64,000 bases of DNA, from the NCBI GenBank assembly GCA_047495785.1, contig JBLDXI010000029.1, forward strand, positions 744,001 to 808,000, written 5' to 3'. The position numbers and the translations under genes are program-made. Each line of letters opens with the position of its first letter. The first letter of the stretch is position 1. Below the pieces are notes generated by a model. The model saw only the letters and a program-made list of their open reading frames with translations, was not told where the DNA came from and did no database searches. Source of the stretch: Lepidodermella squamata. Lineage: Eukaryota; Animalia; Gastrotricha. Positions 34,401 to 46,234 of this stretch are shown in pieces.

Positions 34401-37400
34401 CTTCTAATTTTCAAAAATAGATTGCAATATTTTTATTCGACTGGAAATGTCAACAAAATTCTGATACTATCATCTCTTCATATTATAAACTTGAATATGC
34501 CAACAAATATATTTCCAATTTTTTCGGAAAATAGTGAAATTTCAAATTCCATAGAAAATTCGCCTGATTTTTAGCAATATTTAATAATTCTCAACATTTC
34601 GAAATTGGAATTATAATTGCCTGAGCTGCTATTAGAGCGCGAATGCGTTTATCGCTCATCGCCATTCTACCCATGGAATTTCCGTGCAATTCTCTATGAA
34701 TTTTTCCTAATAATGCCGAATAATGCCGAATAATGCCGCTAATTTCGAAAACCAGATCTCGAGGCTATTTGAATGCAGCGTTGCGAAATAGTTATGGTCA
34801 CTCCTGACGACGGCAACAAGCAATTCGGCTTATCTGACTTGGCTATTCGAAAATTAAAGCGAGGTACCTATAATTCATTTTTTTTTAGAAATTTCATGAT
34901 TCTAGATTTTAATTTGATATTGCATACTTGTAGGTATTTTCTCTAAATCATGAAAGATAATTTTCAATTCGAGTCGACAAAATGGATTATATCTCTCTCT
35001 CTCCTAGTGAAAATTCCAATTTTTTATTTCAGTATCCAAAATTGAGGCGGCTTCTTTCCTGATACAGAGATAAGGAATTCGGAAAACTTGAAATTTTCAA
35101 AATTACCAATTTTTCTTATTTTAGAAACAAATTTCAGTCCTCAAATGCCGAAAGCAATCAAGCGGTTGCCGATCGGAATTGAATCGAGCGGAAAATTTTC
35201 AAGTTACTCAAAGCTTCTTCAAGACAATATTGAAACGACTTTTCTTGTGCCTGTCTCATTTCTCAATATGTGATACCTGTATAAAAAATTGTTAAAATTG
35301 AAGAGTTTGAAAATAAATAAAATCTGAAGTCGAAAAAACGTTGATTTTTATTTTTTAAGTTTTGGGTTGAGAGAAGGAGAAAGTGAGCAGATGTGGTCGA
35401 TTGCGACACCATTGTTACGCAACCAATCTGAGCCATCACAGGCAAGAAACTAAATAGCCAAACTACCTAAATATCTCATGGTTGAATAGACAAAAAAGCT
35501 AAAGGGAACGTAGGAAGCATTATTAGCACTCTTGAGGCGATGGCTTTTTATTCGGATAAAAAGCTAAATGTTTTTCCTAGTGTTGGTTAGCACCAGTGCA
35601 GTCGTCGCAGGTAACTAATCAAATAAAATAAAAAATTAGCCTGCTGAATTGGAAACCCTCCCGCATAGTTCATACGTGTCTCAGGCAGTCGTCATCGCCA
35701 CTCCATCCCGGCTTTCACTGACATACATTTGGCGCCACACATGTCTTGTTCGCACCGGTGCAGTCTGAGCAGATGGCTAATTTATGATTGGAGACCATCA
35801 GATTTGTTATATAAACACCGTTGTCGGCAAACCTATTTTGCAGCCGTTTCCTTTCCATCCTTCCTTGCATGCACATATTCCACCCGGCCTGCATTCTTGG
35901 TTTGTACCAATGCAGCCCACGCACATGGCTAGCCAATACGAAACACGAAGAAAGAATCAGGCAGCTGTCTTGGAAACTTCAACCATTAGGTCTACCTATG
36001 TCGCACTCGGGAAAACCGATCCAACCCGACTTGCACTTACAATCCCCAGGCTCTTTGCAATATTGGTTAACACCGGTGCAGTCATCGCAGATAGCTAGTA
36101 AATGAGAAGAGAAAACGAGCGTGCTAAATTAGAAACCGGAATAGAACAGGAATTTGACAAACCTTGTTGGCACGTGGGAGGTCCAGTCCATCCTGCGATG
36201 CAGGTACACTGCCCAGGCGTCAGGCATTCTTGGGTATCACGATCGCAGTCGTCGCAGATAGCTGGCCCAACCGATACAAAATGAGTCTGCTAAATTGAGA
36301 ACCTCTTTAATCAGACAAACCTGTAAGGCAGTCGTCATCACCAGTCCATCCCGGCTCGCACATACATTTTCCATTCTTGCATACTCTGTGTGGACCATCG
36401 CAGTCCGTGCAGATAGCTAGCCAATGGGAAAAGAAAATCAGTTAGTTAAATGGGGAACTTAACGCTTCGGACATACGATCCAGACACTCGGGAGGTCCAG
36501 TCCATCCCGTCTTGCACGTACATTGACCAGGCGTCAGGCATTCCTGGGTCCCACCGGTGCAGTCGTCGCAGATGGCTACAGTGGAAACAGTGACGCGGGT
36601 GACGTGGGAACATCGTGAACATACCCTGAGTGCAGTATTTGCTTTCCCAGCCATCCTTGCATGAACATTGTCCAGGCATCTTGCATTCTTGGTTCTCGCG
36701 ATAACAGTCCAGGCACATTGCTAGCCGATACGCGAAGGAAAAATCAGTCAGCAGCCTGGGGAACAACTCACACAGGACATACCTTCTAGGCAGTTGTCAC
36801 CTGTCCATCCCGTCTTGCAAGTACAAACGTTTGGCTCCAGGCATTCCTGATTCACTCCGGTGCAATCAGTGCAGATGGCTAGTCAAAGCGAAGAATGTCG
36901 TAGTAGATAAAATCAGGCAAGTTGCAATGGTACAGCGGCATACCTATTGTGCAGCCCTCTCCTTCCCAGCCTTCCTTGCACGTACATTTTCCAGTCTCTT
37001 TGCATTGTTGGTTCGCACCAGTGCAGGCCACACAATCAGCTGGTCAACGTGAGGAAACAATCAGTCAGCGGACATTTGAACACCGTAATTCATCATACGT
37101 GTTAAGCACGCGGGAAATCCAGTCCATCCCGTCTTGCACGTACATTGTTCAGGCGCTAGGCATTCTTGGTTCGCTCCAGTGCAGCCCGAGCAGAGAGCTT
37201 GTCAGTGCAAAGGGTAAAAGGGTCTGCAGAATTGGAAACCTCACGTCGGACAAACCTGTTAGACAGTCGTTTTCGCCAATCCATCCTGGCTCGCATGTAC
37301 ATTTTCCAGGCTTCTTGCATTCTTTGTGTGCACCCTCGCAGTCCGTGCAGAGGGCTAGTCAAAGCGAAAATAAAATCAGTTTGATGAATCGGAAAACGTA

Positions 37401-40400
37401 AAGCATCATGCCAACCTATGTCGCACGCGGGAGGAGGGGCCCAGCCTGTCTTGCACACACAATCCCAAGGATTCCTGCAAAGCTGGTTCACACCGGTGCA
37501 GTCGTCGCAGATAGCTAGAAAGAATTGAAGAAAAACTAAGTCTGCTGACTCCAAGAATCGGACATACGTTCTAAACACTTGGGCGGTCCAGTCCATCCCG
37601 TCTTGCACGTACATTGACTAGGCGTCAGGCATTCCTGGGTACCACCGGTGCAGTCGTCGCAGATGGCTAGTTAATAAGTGGAAACAGTCACGCAGGCAGT
37701 GTTGTGAGTAGCGGACGGATGAGAGGGTTTACACCCTCTTCGCGAAAAGTTGCGCCTCCAAAAAAAGTAAACTATTCCCCCCTGATCCAAACTTAATCAT
37801 AAGAGGAAAGTAGCTTTGCTCGGTAGAATTCAATCTTTAGCCGAAGTATCCGTCATGAGGCCCAGAGAATTGCTTATTCTCTTGCATTTACCCAATTTTC
37901 CCTCACTGCGCTCGCTCAGTCTGCTTAGGCATTCTTTGAGATCTGAGCATGCTCGATTTCGTTGAGGACAGAGCTTCTCTTGGCAACTTCGAAATCAAAC
38001 TTATTTCCCAGGCTGCAACCCCTAGCCATTTTTGCATTTTTCAGTGTGGGAAAAGATGCTATAAACTTCCTTCACTGCACGTATGTGACGTGAGAACATC
38101 GTGAACATACCCTGAGTGCAGTATTTGCTTTCCCAGCCATCCTTGCATGAACATTGTCCAGGCATCTTGCATTCTTGGTTCTCGCGATAACAGTCCAGGC
38201 ACATTGCTAGCCGATACGCGAAGGAAAAATCAGTCAGCAGCCTGGGGAACAACTCACACAGGACATACCTTCTAGGCAGTTGTCACCTGTCCATCCCGTC
38301 TTGCAAGTACAAACGTTTGGCTCCAGGCATTCCTGATTCACTCCGGTGCAATCAGTGCAGATGGCTGATAAAAGGGGAAGAATCAAGAGTCAAGGCGAAG
38401 GCAGGTTACGATACAAACTCCGGCGGCATACCTTTAAGACAGCCTTCTCCTTCCCAGCCTTCCTTGCACGTGCATGTTTCGGGCTGCAAGCATTCTTGGT
38501 TCTCGCCATAGCAATCCGAGCACAAGGCTAAACGAATTGCATTGAAATAAGATCAGTCTGCTGACTTGGGCGCCTCACGCATCGAACATCGAACATACCT
38601 GTTAGGCATCCGGGAGGATCAGTCCATCCATCCGTGCACGAACATACCCCGGGCTCCCGGCATTCGTTGTTCGCACCAGTGCAGTCAGAGCAGACGGCTG
38701 AAAATGAGTGGAAACAATCAGGCAGGGTAAGTTAGGAACATTCGGCAGCTAACCTTTGGTGCAGCCCTCTCCTTCCCAGCCATCCTTGCACGTACATCTT
38801 CCCGGCACCTTGCATTCTTGGTTCACACCAGTACAGCTCGCGCAGATTGCTGTAATTCATAATCCAGTCTCACGCACCAATCGCTTGATAGTTCGCCAAA
38901 TTACCTGTCGTACACTTCGGTGGTCCACTCCATCCTTTCATGCATGAACAGAAGTCTCCAGGTGAATTACAAACAGCGTTTGGATAACACGGTTCATTCG
39001 AACATTTTGCTGTTTAGCCATTAAGATTCGCGGATTTTTCAAATGCTGCGTAAGTAACTTACGCGTAGTACAGTCGGATCCTTTCCATGTCGGTGTACAA
39101 GAGCAATTGTTGTAAGCCACGCATGTACCGCCATTCGCACACTTTTGACTGCACGAAACTAAAAATCGATTAATTGAAATATTCAAACTTTTAAACTATT
39201 TCCATCGGTTTAAAAATCTAAGAAATTCACTCACAAGTTAAGCAGTCGATCGACGAGTTGAAGTTGTTCCCAGTGATGCTTCCGTCTGGGCACGACGTGC
39301 CAATAAGCTGGCATTTAACGACTCCAAACGAAGTTGCATGCAAGCATTGTATGTGGGGCTAAACAACGAAAAAGGTCAATATCCAACCGCAATATTAAAA
39401 TTTCCAATATTAACCTGAGAAGCCAAACAATCAGCATAATTTCCAGCAAAATCGGTCTTGGCCTTAAACGTGGCAACCTAATGAATGAAAATGAATACTT
39501 ATAATACAGTGAAAGTTGTCTAAACCGGACTCGGGTCGCGCCAGTCGAAATGGTCCGGTTTAGAAATGGGAAATATGAGGGAAATATAACGTAAACCCTA
39601 GGATTTTTCACATTTTACGAACTTCAAAGCCATTTAAGCTATACCTTTTCATATAAATAATTGAACTACATAGACTCAAGATGCTAGATCCGGGATGATT
39701 GGCCGATTAAAAATTAAAAATTTGTTTCGAGGTGTCTCATGACAGGCAGGTGCCTGCTTTCCCCCCAAATCCCCTACAAAATTGGCCTTTTTTATGCGTA
39801 AACCGGACTCAGACCCCAAAATTCGTCCGGGTTATACCACCAGTCCGGTTTATAGAGAGTCCGGTTTAGACAGTAAAATTATAATGTAAAATAGTAAAAT
39901 AAAGTCCACACTTTTGGATCGAGCCACCCGCAAACGTCCGGTTAGAGAAAGTCCGGTTTAGACCGGTCCGGTTTAGACAACTTTCACTGTATATTGTAAC
40001 TTGATACAAATTCTCAATTTTCGAAGTTCTGTTCATGCAATTGTCATAATCTTCTTACCAGCGTTAGTCCGGCTTTGCTGCATGAACCTCGACACGTGTT
40101 CCCTGTGGCCGAAGAGCAAAGAGCAGCAGGCTGGTAGAATAATTTCCAAAATTATAAAACTAAGTCATCAATGATGTGCTAAACTCACGCCAGGTGTGCA
40201 ATGGGCCTTGTCCAAGTAACTGGCAGGGCTGAATTCCTAGAAGATCGAAACTCTTATGGGTGAATCCACGAGTGACGTACAGAGAAAAATCCACCACCTC
40301 GAGATGCTATAAGCGAGCTAGCGTCGGAATAGGTGATTCAGCACCCATAAATTTATATGGAAAGAGGAAGATTTTTTGCGTCCTTGCCAACAAAATCTAA

Positions 40401-43400
40401 GCTGGAGACTAAACGGGCGTGACTTGATCGACGATACAAAGTCGCGTGACAGACAGAGAAAAAAAATCCAGCAATTTTGGGTTCGATTTTGCAAATTAGA
40501 TTTCCTCTGAATTAAAGCGGTTGTAGGCTTCATTTTTCATCCCATAATTCGCGTATAACGTCTAGTTTGTTTTCCGGTAAAAAATAAGGGCTAATCATGC
40601 ATACTTTAATAGTGATGCCCGAAAAACGCCGTGACGTACAGAGAAGTCCTAACGTGACGTACAGAGGACCATTTTTTAGATGTTACCTATCGTCGTAGCT
40701 TGCTCATATATCATCATCCGGGTATTTTTCGACGTTATTTGACAGCAGCTAACTTGTTGGCATATAATTCTGTGCTTGGTTTTGCACTTAAGCATGCAAG
40801 TTTCATTGGTCTAATTTTAGGCACTCGCGAGACTTTAAAAAATTAAGGAATCACGGTTTTTTCAATTTTACAGATAACCTAGTAAACTTTTTTGAGTTAA
40901 AACATCGTTTATAATGATTCTTAATGTTTCCGACCCTCTAGAAGCTCCGTAGGTGCTACAATTATCGAATTTCATATTTTCACCTGCTGCAGCTTAGGCT
41001 AAAAAATACTGTTCATCAGCTTCGCGACAGAATTAAACGCCTCAGGAGCACCGAACGGATCGAAAACATCGACAAATGTATAGAACACAGTAAAATAAGC
41101 AAGAAAACACTCATCCCATGGTTTAGGATCCTATTTGGGAGGTATACTAGGCTGACGGAAAAGACTAAGATTTGACCATTTAGCACAAAATCTGGATAGG
41201 CTCATAATTAGGCTTCAAGCATTAGTTGGAACATCAAAAACGTTTCTATTAGTTAACTCTATGCCACTTGCCATTCAAACAACCATTTCCAGCCATTGGG
41301 ATGGTTTTTAAGAATTCAGGTGAACAGAAACGTTCCGTTGATAACCATTTCTCTGTACGTCACGATGAGAAAATCCTCTGTACGTCACGCACTTTTCTCA
41401 TCTCTGGGAGTTTTCTGCAGGCAGCCAAGTATCAAAAAATGTTAATGAGGGTTCCGGGGAAGAGAATAAAATGTTTTGGGCTGATTGGACCCGGTTCCAC
41501 GGATTGGCGATGAAATTTCATTTTTTTCGTGACGTACAGAGAAACTTGACCTAATTTGACATTACATGGTGTCATTGCGTAATGAAACATCATACAAGGT
41601 CGCGGGTACCTGCAAAACACTCGTCTTATATAGGCGGAAATAGTTACCCAGCCGTTGAAAGCTTGAAACACGAATAAGAATAAGGGCAAAAAACATGAAA
41701 AATTGACCCAAATTGGCTTCTTATACTGAGTTACGTAACAGAGTGTCAAAGGTGTGAAAATCGGGTGATTTAGAGAAAATATTGCCAAAAAATGAAAGTT
41801 CAGATCACCAGCTTTCTAAAAATATATAATATGTGAGGCATATGCCAATTTTATTTTTGAGCTCCCCAGTTGACAAGATCGTGGATTCACCCTTATTTTG
41901 AAAACCAATTCACTCCTAAAGTCTACCTGTGTCGCTGACAGACGGCTGCAAGGTGTAGATTGGCAGCCGAGGAAAGATAGATCGCTAGCCTGGAAACAGC
42001 GGTAGTGCGTCTTGAAATCGTTTTCATTTCTGACAACTGAAAATCAAAGAAAAAGAAAAGTTAATGCTCGAGAGGAATGATATACGGTATCGCAACTCAC
42101 TGTACTGCTCTCTCATACAGGTTTGCATCGTTGGGACCGTGCGAACGAATGTCTGTGGGAATAAGAAACTTCATTTTTCAAGCCGAACCTTGCTTCTTTG
42201 AATCTACAGGAAAAGCTCGAAAATCTTGAGTGTGAGAGTGAGCTCAAATTTATTGATTGAGATTTCAAACATTCTAGGCCCATGGAAATTCAAGTGAGAG
42301 AAATTCGAGATTTATACAAGTTGGGAGTTCGGAAGTCGAAAGACAAATGCTTAGAATCAGTTTTTGGATTTTATGAATGGGGGTTCTACGTGCAGCTAGT
42401 TACGGTTTACTCCAAAAGATTCAGCTAAATTTTGTTAAAACCTGCATTAATGCGCTGCAGCCCACGATTTGGAGTAATTTGAAGTAATTTCAGTCATTCA
42501 TTTGAAATTTGAATAGGATTTTTCCTTCTAATGATTCCTTCCTATAAAATTGCTCGTATCCCAAGTTCCTAAGCGCTATAATGATTCGGCTGAGAGACAA
42601 ATTATTTCCGCATTTTTCGGAAATCAGATTGTGCGCCATTTCTTAATTTTAATTTTATCCAAATGTGACCGAAAGCTGTGAAGAACTGAACATTTACAAT
42701 GCCTATGCATATGCAAATGGGCGAGTCTAGAATTGCCCGCTAATTTTTCAACATCGGCCATAACTGTTTTCGATTGCCAAAATTCAGGTAAAAATCGTAA
42801 AATCGCCGAATTTCGCCAATAAATCGTGGATCACCTTACACACCTTCTTAGCAAAAATCATCAGTTTCTAAATAAGGACTGATTTTTCATCCACGAAAAA
42901 CATGGTGTTGTCCAAAATTAGGTATAAGGTATAATGACTGAGAATTTTGAATTTTCAAAATGATAATCTCTGGGAAAATGATTACCAATTTAGGTTGACA
43001 CGGAATTCTATCTCAATTTTTGAATATCTAGCCACGTTTCTTACTTCAGATTACGCCACATAATTCCGACGGCGCATGAAAAAAATATAATTTATTGCGC
43101 AACAGAATTTTAATTTGTTCAATAAAAAACTAAATTGTTGCAATTCTCGCCCACTCAGCAACCCTGATGGCTATCAACGTATTTTTGATATCGTTCGACT
43201 CCCAAGTCATTGATCTTGAAAGCGGCATCAAAATCTCACGATGTCGAAAAACGTTGCCATTACGCAATTTTCATTTATTTTAGGTCAATTCTAATCGGTG
43301 GTTAATAATTTCAAGTTTTAATTCAGTTTGAAATTAAAATGAGTTCATACCGTAACGGGTCCTAACTTTGGACAAAACACCTTTTTTAATTTTAAAAAAT

Positions 43401-45752
43401 TCGGTTTTCGTCTAAAAAAATGGAAAAAAATATCCAAACCTCCGCCCAAGGAAGCTGCGTGGACAGGTGAAGTTTGGAAAATTTAGAAGCTCACCTTGAT
43501 TTTTAAAAAATTGGTAAAGAAACCTCTAAATTTGGACACTCGTTCCCAAATTTGGACACTTCATTTGCATATGCTAATTCGACCTTACACACATTTTATT
43601 TCTTGTTGCGCAATTTTTCTCGTGTTTTTAAAGGCGACTTTTGTAGCCGCGCGCTTGAGACTAAAATAATGCTACCGATAGGATTCACTCATCGTCAGAT
43701 TTAATGCAGATGTACGCAATACCAATTATACACCAGGATCTTAATACCGTTAATGAACCATGAATCTTCTCGAAACTATGATAAACCAGGTGAAAATGTC
43801 TCTGAAGCACCGAGTCTCATTTAGAAAGTAGACGGAGGGATATCAGTTTGAGGTTAAACCATGGGTTGAGGTTTGAATGAGTCGTGGAGTTTCTTTATCG
43901 CTGAACTATTGACATTTTTTACCGAAAGTGAACTGTCATTTGTCCCATGGTACGTGCTGTTCACCTGTTTAATTAAAGCTGGCGCCGTCGGATTTGTATT
44001 CGGATACATTATTATTCCCTATGCTCTCTAGCCAAAATCATGAAAGCATAGCCTAGGCCGGGAGTCATTAAGCTAATTCCAAGGTTCTATCAATGCGATG
44101 CCATTCTTTTCAAAAACTGACAAAAAGCATACATAGAGTTTGCATATGCAAGATGCAAGATAAAAATATCATTAAAAGTGTCCAAATTTAGAGGCTAAAT
44201 TCAAAGTCACCTGTATCAAAATTGGCTTGTCCTTCTGCCGAGATTTTTTTACAGAATTTAGTTTAGGTAAATCCCTATGTGCAAGAAAAATTTCAGCCCC
44301 AACCGTTCACAGGTGAGCATTTGGCAAGGGGGGTCCCAAAACACCTTTCTGAGTGATCGAGCTTCGGCGATTTTTCGCAAATCGAGAGTACATGAAAGTA
44401 TTGGCAAATTTGGTACCGTTGGAAAGCCCACGAGGGGAGCTTTTTTTCAGTGAAATTTCTAAACTTTTATCAGTTATGCACAAATTGATATTTGGGGCTA
44501 AAGCTCAAAGTGTCCAAATTTGGGGTGTCCAAATTTAGGGCGCGTTACGGTATTTATAGCAAAATTTGTATTTTCAGAATCAAATTAAAAAAATCCCGTG
44601 GGGTGACTACAACTCCAGGGTGTCCAAATGGCATATCTTCACGCTGGGAAATCGTATGAATTCGGTGGAAACGGATAAATGACCAGTGTCTCGTCGGCTG
44701 GGTGATGAGGACTGTCACCAAAATTTACTTGAGTGTCATCAAATTCGATTTTGCCCGAAGTATCACCTATGACCCAACTGAATAAATTTCTAGGTAGATC
44801 TCATCGCGCTGATGAATTTTTTCTTTGAGAGCGGCTTCCTAGCTATCACCGTTCTCGAGATAACCGCCCAGGTATGACACCTGGTAAGGTCACGTGACCA
44901 ACTTGACACTGGAATATCTCCGTAACCGTAAGTCATAAAAATATGGATTTTTCGAATTCTTTCGAATCCTTAATTCTTTCTCTATCGAAATAGCGCGTGT
45001 CAATAGGGAAATAAAATATTGTACAAAACATTCTGGTCTTTAATTATAATGGATAACGACGGCTGGTAGACTCACCCACTGGGAATTAGGGCAGGGCCCA
45101 TAGGCCGGTATGCATAGCCGGGCGCCTCTTAAATCGCATAGATTGGCAGGTCGTGTCTATAACAAAAAAATATCACATTATTCGTGACTCGAATTTTCAC
45201 GCGGCGAAATAAACAGACCATGAAACTTTTAATGTCGACTCTGCATTCGTCGTACTTTGTCCTGAACAAGTTGCCAATGTACTCACTTATCTGGCGACAA
45301 AAACGCAAAATTATCCACATATGAAAAATGATGAAAACTTACTAGAACTTCGTCAGCCGAGCAGTCCAAGTTCCTTGGAATGCACCTCATGCTGTTAAGG
45401 TTGAAATTGAAACAGCTTCGAGCGGACTGTAATAGGAAATTAAAATAGCAAGCGATGATCTGAGATGAACAAAATCTTACTCCTGAGGTGCAGCCACTGA
45501 GTGTACTCAAAGCAAGTCCGAGCTAAAAAAGATTGAGCGAGGGACATTTTGATAAGTATTAGCGATGCCCGATTGTTAATTTAAATTCACCTGAACTTCT
45601 TCCAAATAATCGCAACTTGTCTTACAGTCAGAGAAGGTGTCATTTGATCGGAAGAAGCAGCGCTTGTAGGTTTGCTGCGAGTAGGTGAACGATATTGATG
45701 ATGACAAAATCACCGTCAAATAAAATATCATTGAAAAATTCGGCCGAAGCAT
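31437..45752 (-). CDS. Secreted multi-EGF protein: signal peptide, Cys-rich N-terminal modules, ~24 single-exon EGF-like repeats, putative C-terminal AbfB/CBM42; 3' part disrupted
   Basis: Signal peptide (MIFYLTVILSSSISFTYS); ~96-99 nt phase-1 exons encoding Cx2Cx6Cx5CxCx2GWx4-5C at 31.8-39.2 kb; tail ..FNRDATFC..VAYEAVNYSGYFI..; in-frame TGA at 35715-35717. Joining of the 39.2-45.8 kb exons is inferred from phase compatibility. Confidence 0.75.
32308..35582. mobile_element. CACTA/EnSpm-like DNA transposon (non-autonomous or decayed, 3.3 kb) inserted into an EGF exon
   Basis: TIRs CACTAGGAAAAA..TTTAGCT at both ends, 2-bp TT duplication; removing it rejoins an in-frame EGF exon (TCDDCTGANQDNQECKEPGKC..). 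Confidence 0.85.
32805..33095. mobile_element. Nested MITE-like inverted repeat inside the CACTA element
   Basis: ~49-bp TIRs CGGGCG(T/A)GCGTGGGTGACACCCTGTAGGT..; internal TCGCCCAAC x5 and TTAAAATTAACGC x3. Confidence 0.7.
36601..38366 (-). repeat. Near-identical ~280-bp duplication of two EGF exons plus intron sequence (36601-36880 and 38087-38366)
   Basis: Exon and intron sequence match almost base for base. Confidence 0.9.
37697..38077. mobile_element. hAT-like MITE (381 bp) in an EGF-gene intron
   Basis: CAGTG...CACTG termini, degenerate 8-bp TSD cacgcagg/cacgtatg; absent from the paralogous intron at ~36578-36624. Confidence 0.65.
39507..39989. mobile_element. Tc1/mariner(pogo)-like MITE, 483 bp
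   Basis: Perfect 24-bp TIR CAGTGAAAGTTGTCTAAACCGGAC, TA TSD, internal CCGGTTTAG repeats. Confidence 0.9.
40258..41892. mobile_element. Non-autonomous DNA transposon, Kolobok-like (1.6 kb)
   Basis: 14-bp TIR GGGTGAATCCACGA, 4-bp TTAT duplication, dispersed GTGACGTACAGAG motifs in both orientations. Confidence 0.75.
43350..44550. mobile_element. pogo/Tc1-like non-autonomous element (1.2 kb)
   Basis: TIR CCGTAACG.G.CCTAA.TTTGGACA, TA TSD, repeated AAATTTGGACAC subterminal motifs. Confidence 0.8.
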
Positions 45753-45829
45753 GTCTAAAATATCGGAAAAATGGAGGGTGGTGTTTACCACAAGTTTTTT
45801 GCAAATTGACATCGAAAGAGTAAAAATTG

Positions 45830-46234
45830 GGTTGTGTGCGAAAAGAGCAAGCGAAATAAGAGCAATGATATATGAGCAATGATATAAGAGCAAAACGATA
45901 TGAGAGCAACGAGATAAGAGCAGAACGACGAAAGAGCAATTATTAATGATAAATCAAGAAAAAATAGTGGCACGCGATCAGATTTTTTTCTTATAACAGA
46001 CAAGTGATTCTCGACCCATTAAGTAGCTCGAATTGCAGTTAAACCGCTCCGCTAATCACTTGATAGTGATGAGGAAAAAAATCTGATCGCGTGCCACTAT
46101 TTTTTCTTGATTTATCATTAATAATTGCTCTTTCGTCGTTCTGCTCTTATCTCGTTGCTCTCATATCGTTTTGCTCTTATATCATTGCTCATATATCATT
46201 GCTCTTATTTCGCTTGCTCTTTTCGCACACAACC
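45830..46234. mobile_element. Foldback-type element (Merlin/Mutator-like): 161-bp inverted arms with 83-bp spacer
   Basis: Arms 45830-45990 and 46074-46234 are reverse complements built of GAGCA sub-repeats; GG termini; 8-bp TSD AAAAATTG. Confidence 0.9.

Noticed and set aside
35715-35717. TGA at a Cys position read as selenocysteine
   Set aside because: Same exon ends out of phase, neighbouring exons are disrupted and no SECIS was recognised; decay is simpler
35600-39160. CRISPR-like repeat/spacer periodicity (~155 nt)
   Set aside because: Units are EGF exons separated by GT-AG introns; no cas genes and the context is eukaryotic
45287-45290. Possible 4-nt microexon (AG-ATAA-GTGAGT)
   Set aside because: A longer exon (ISEYIGNLFRTKYDECRVDIKSFM) preserves phase; the microexon would not
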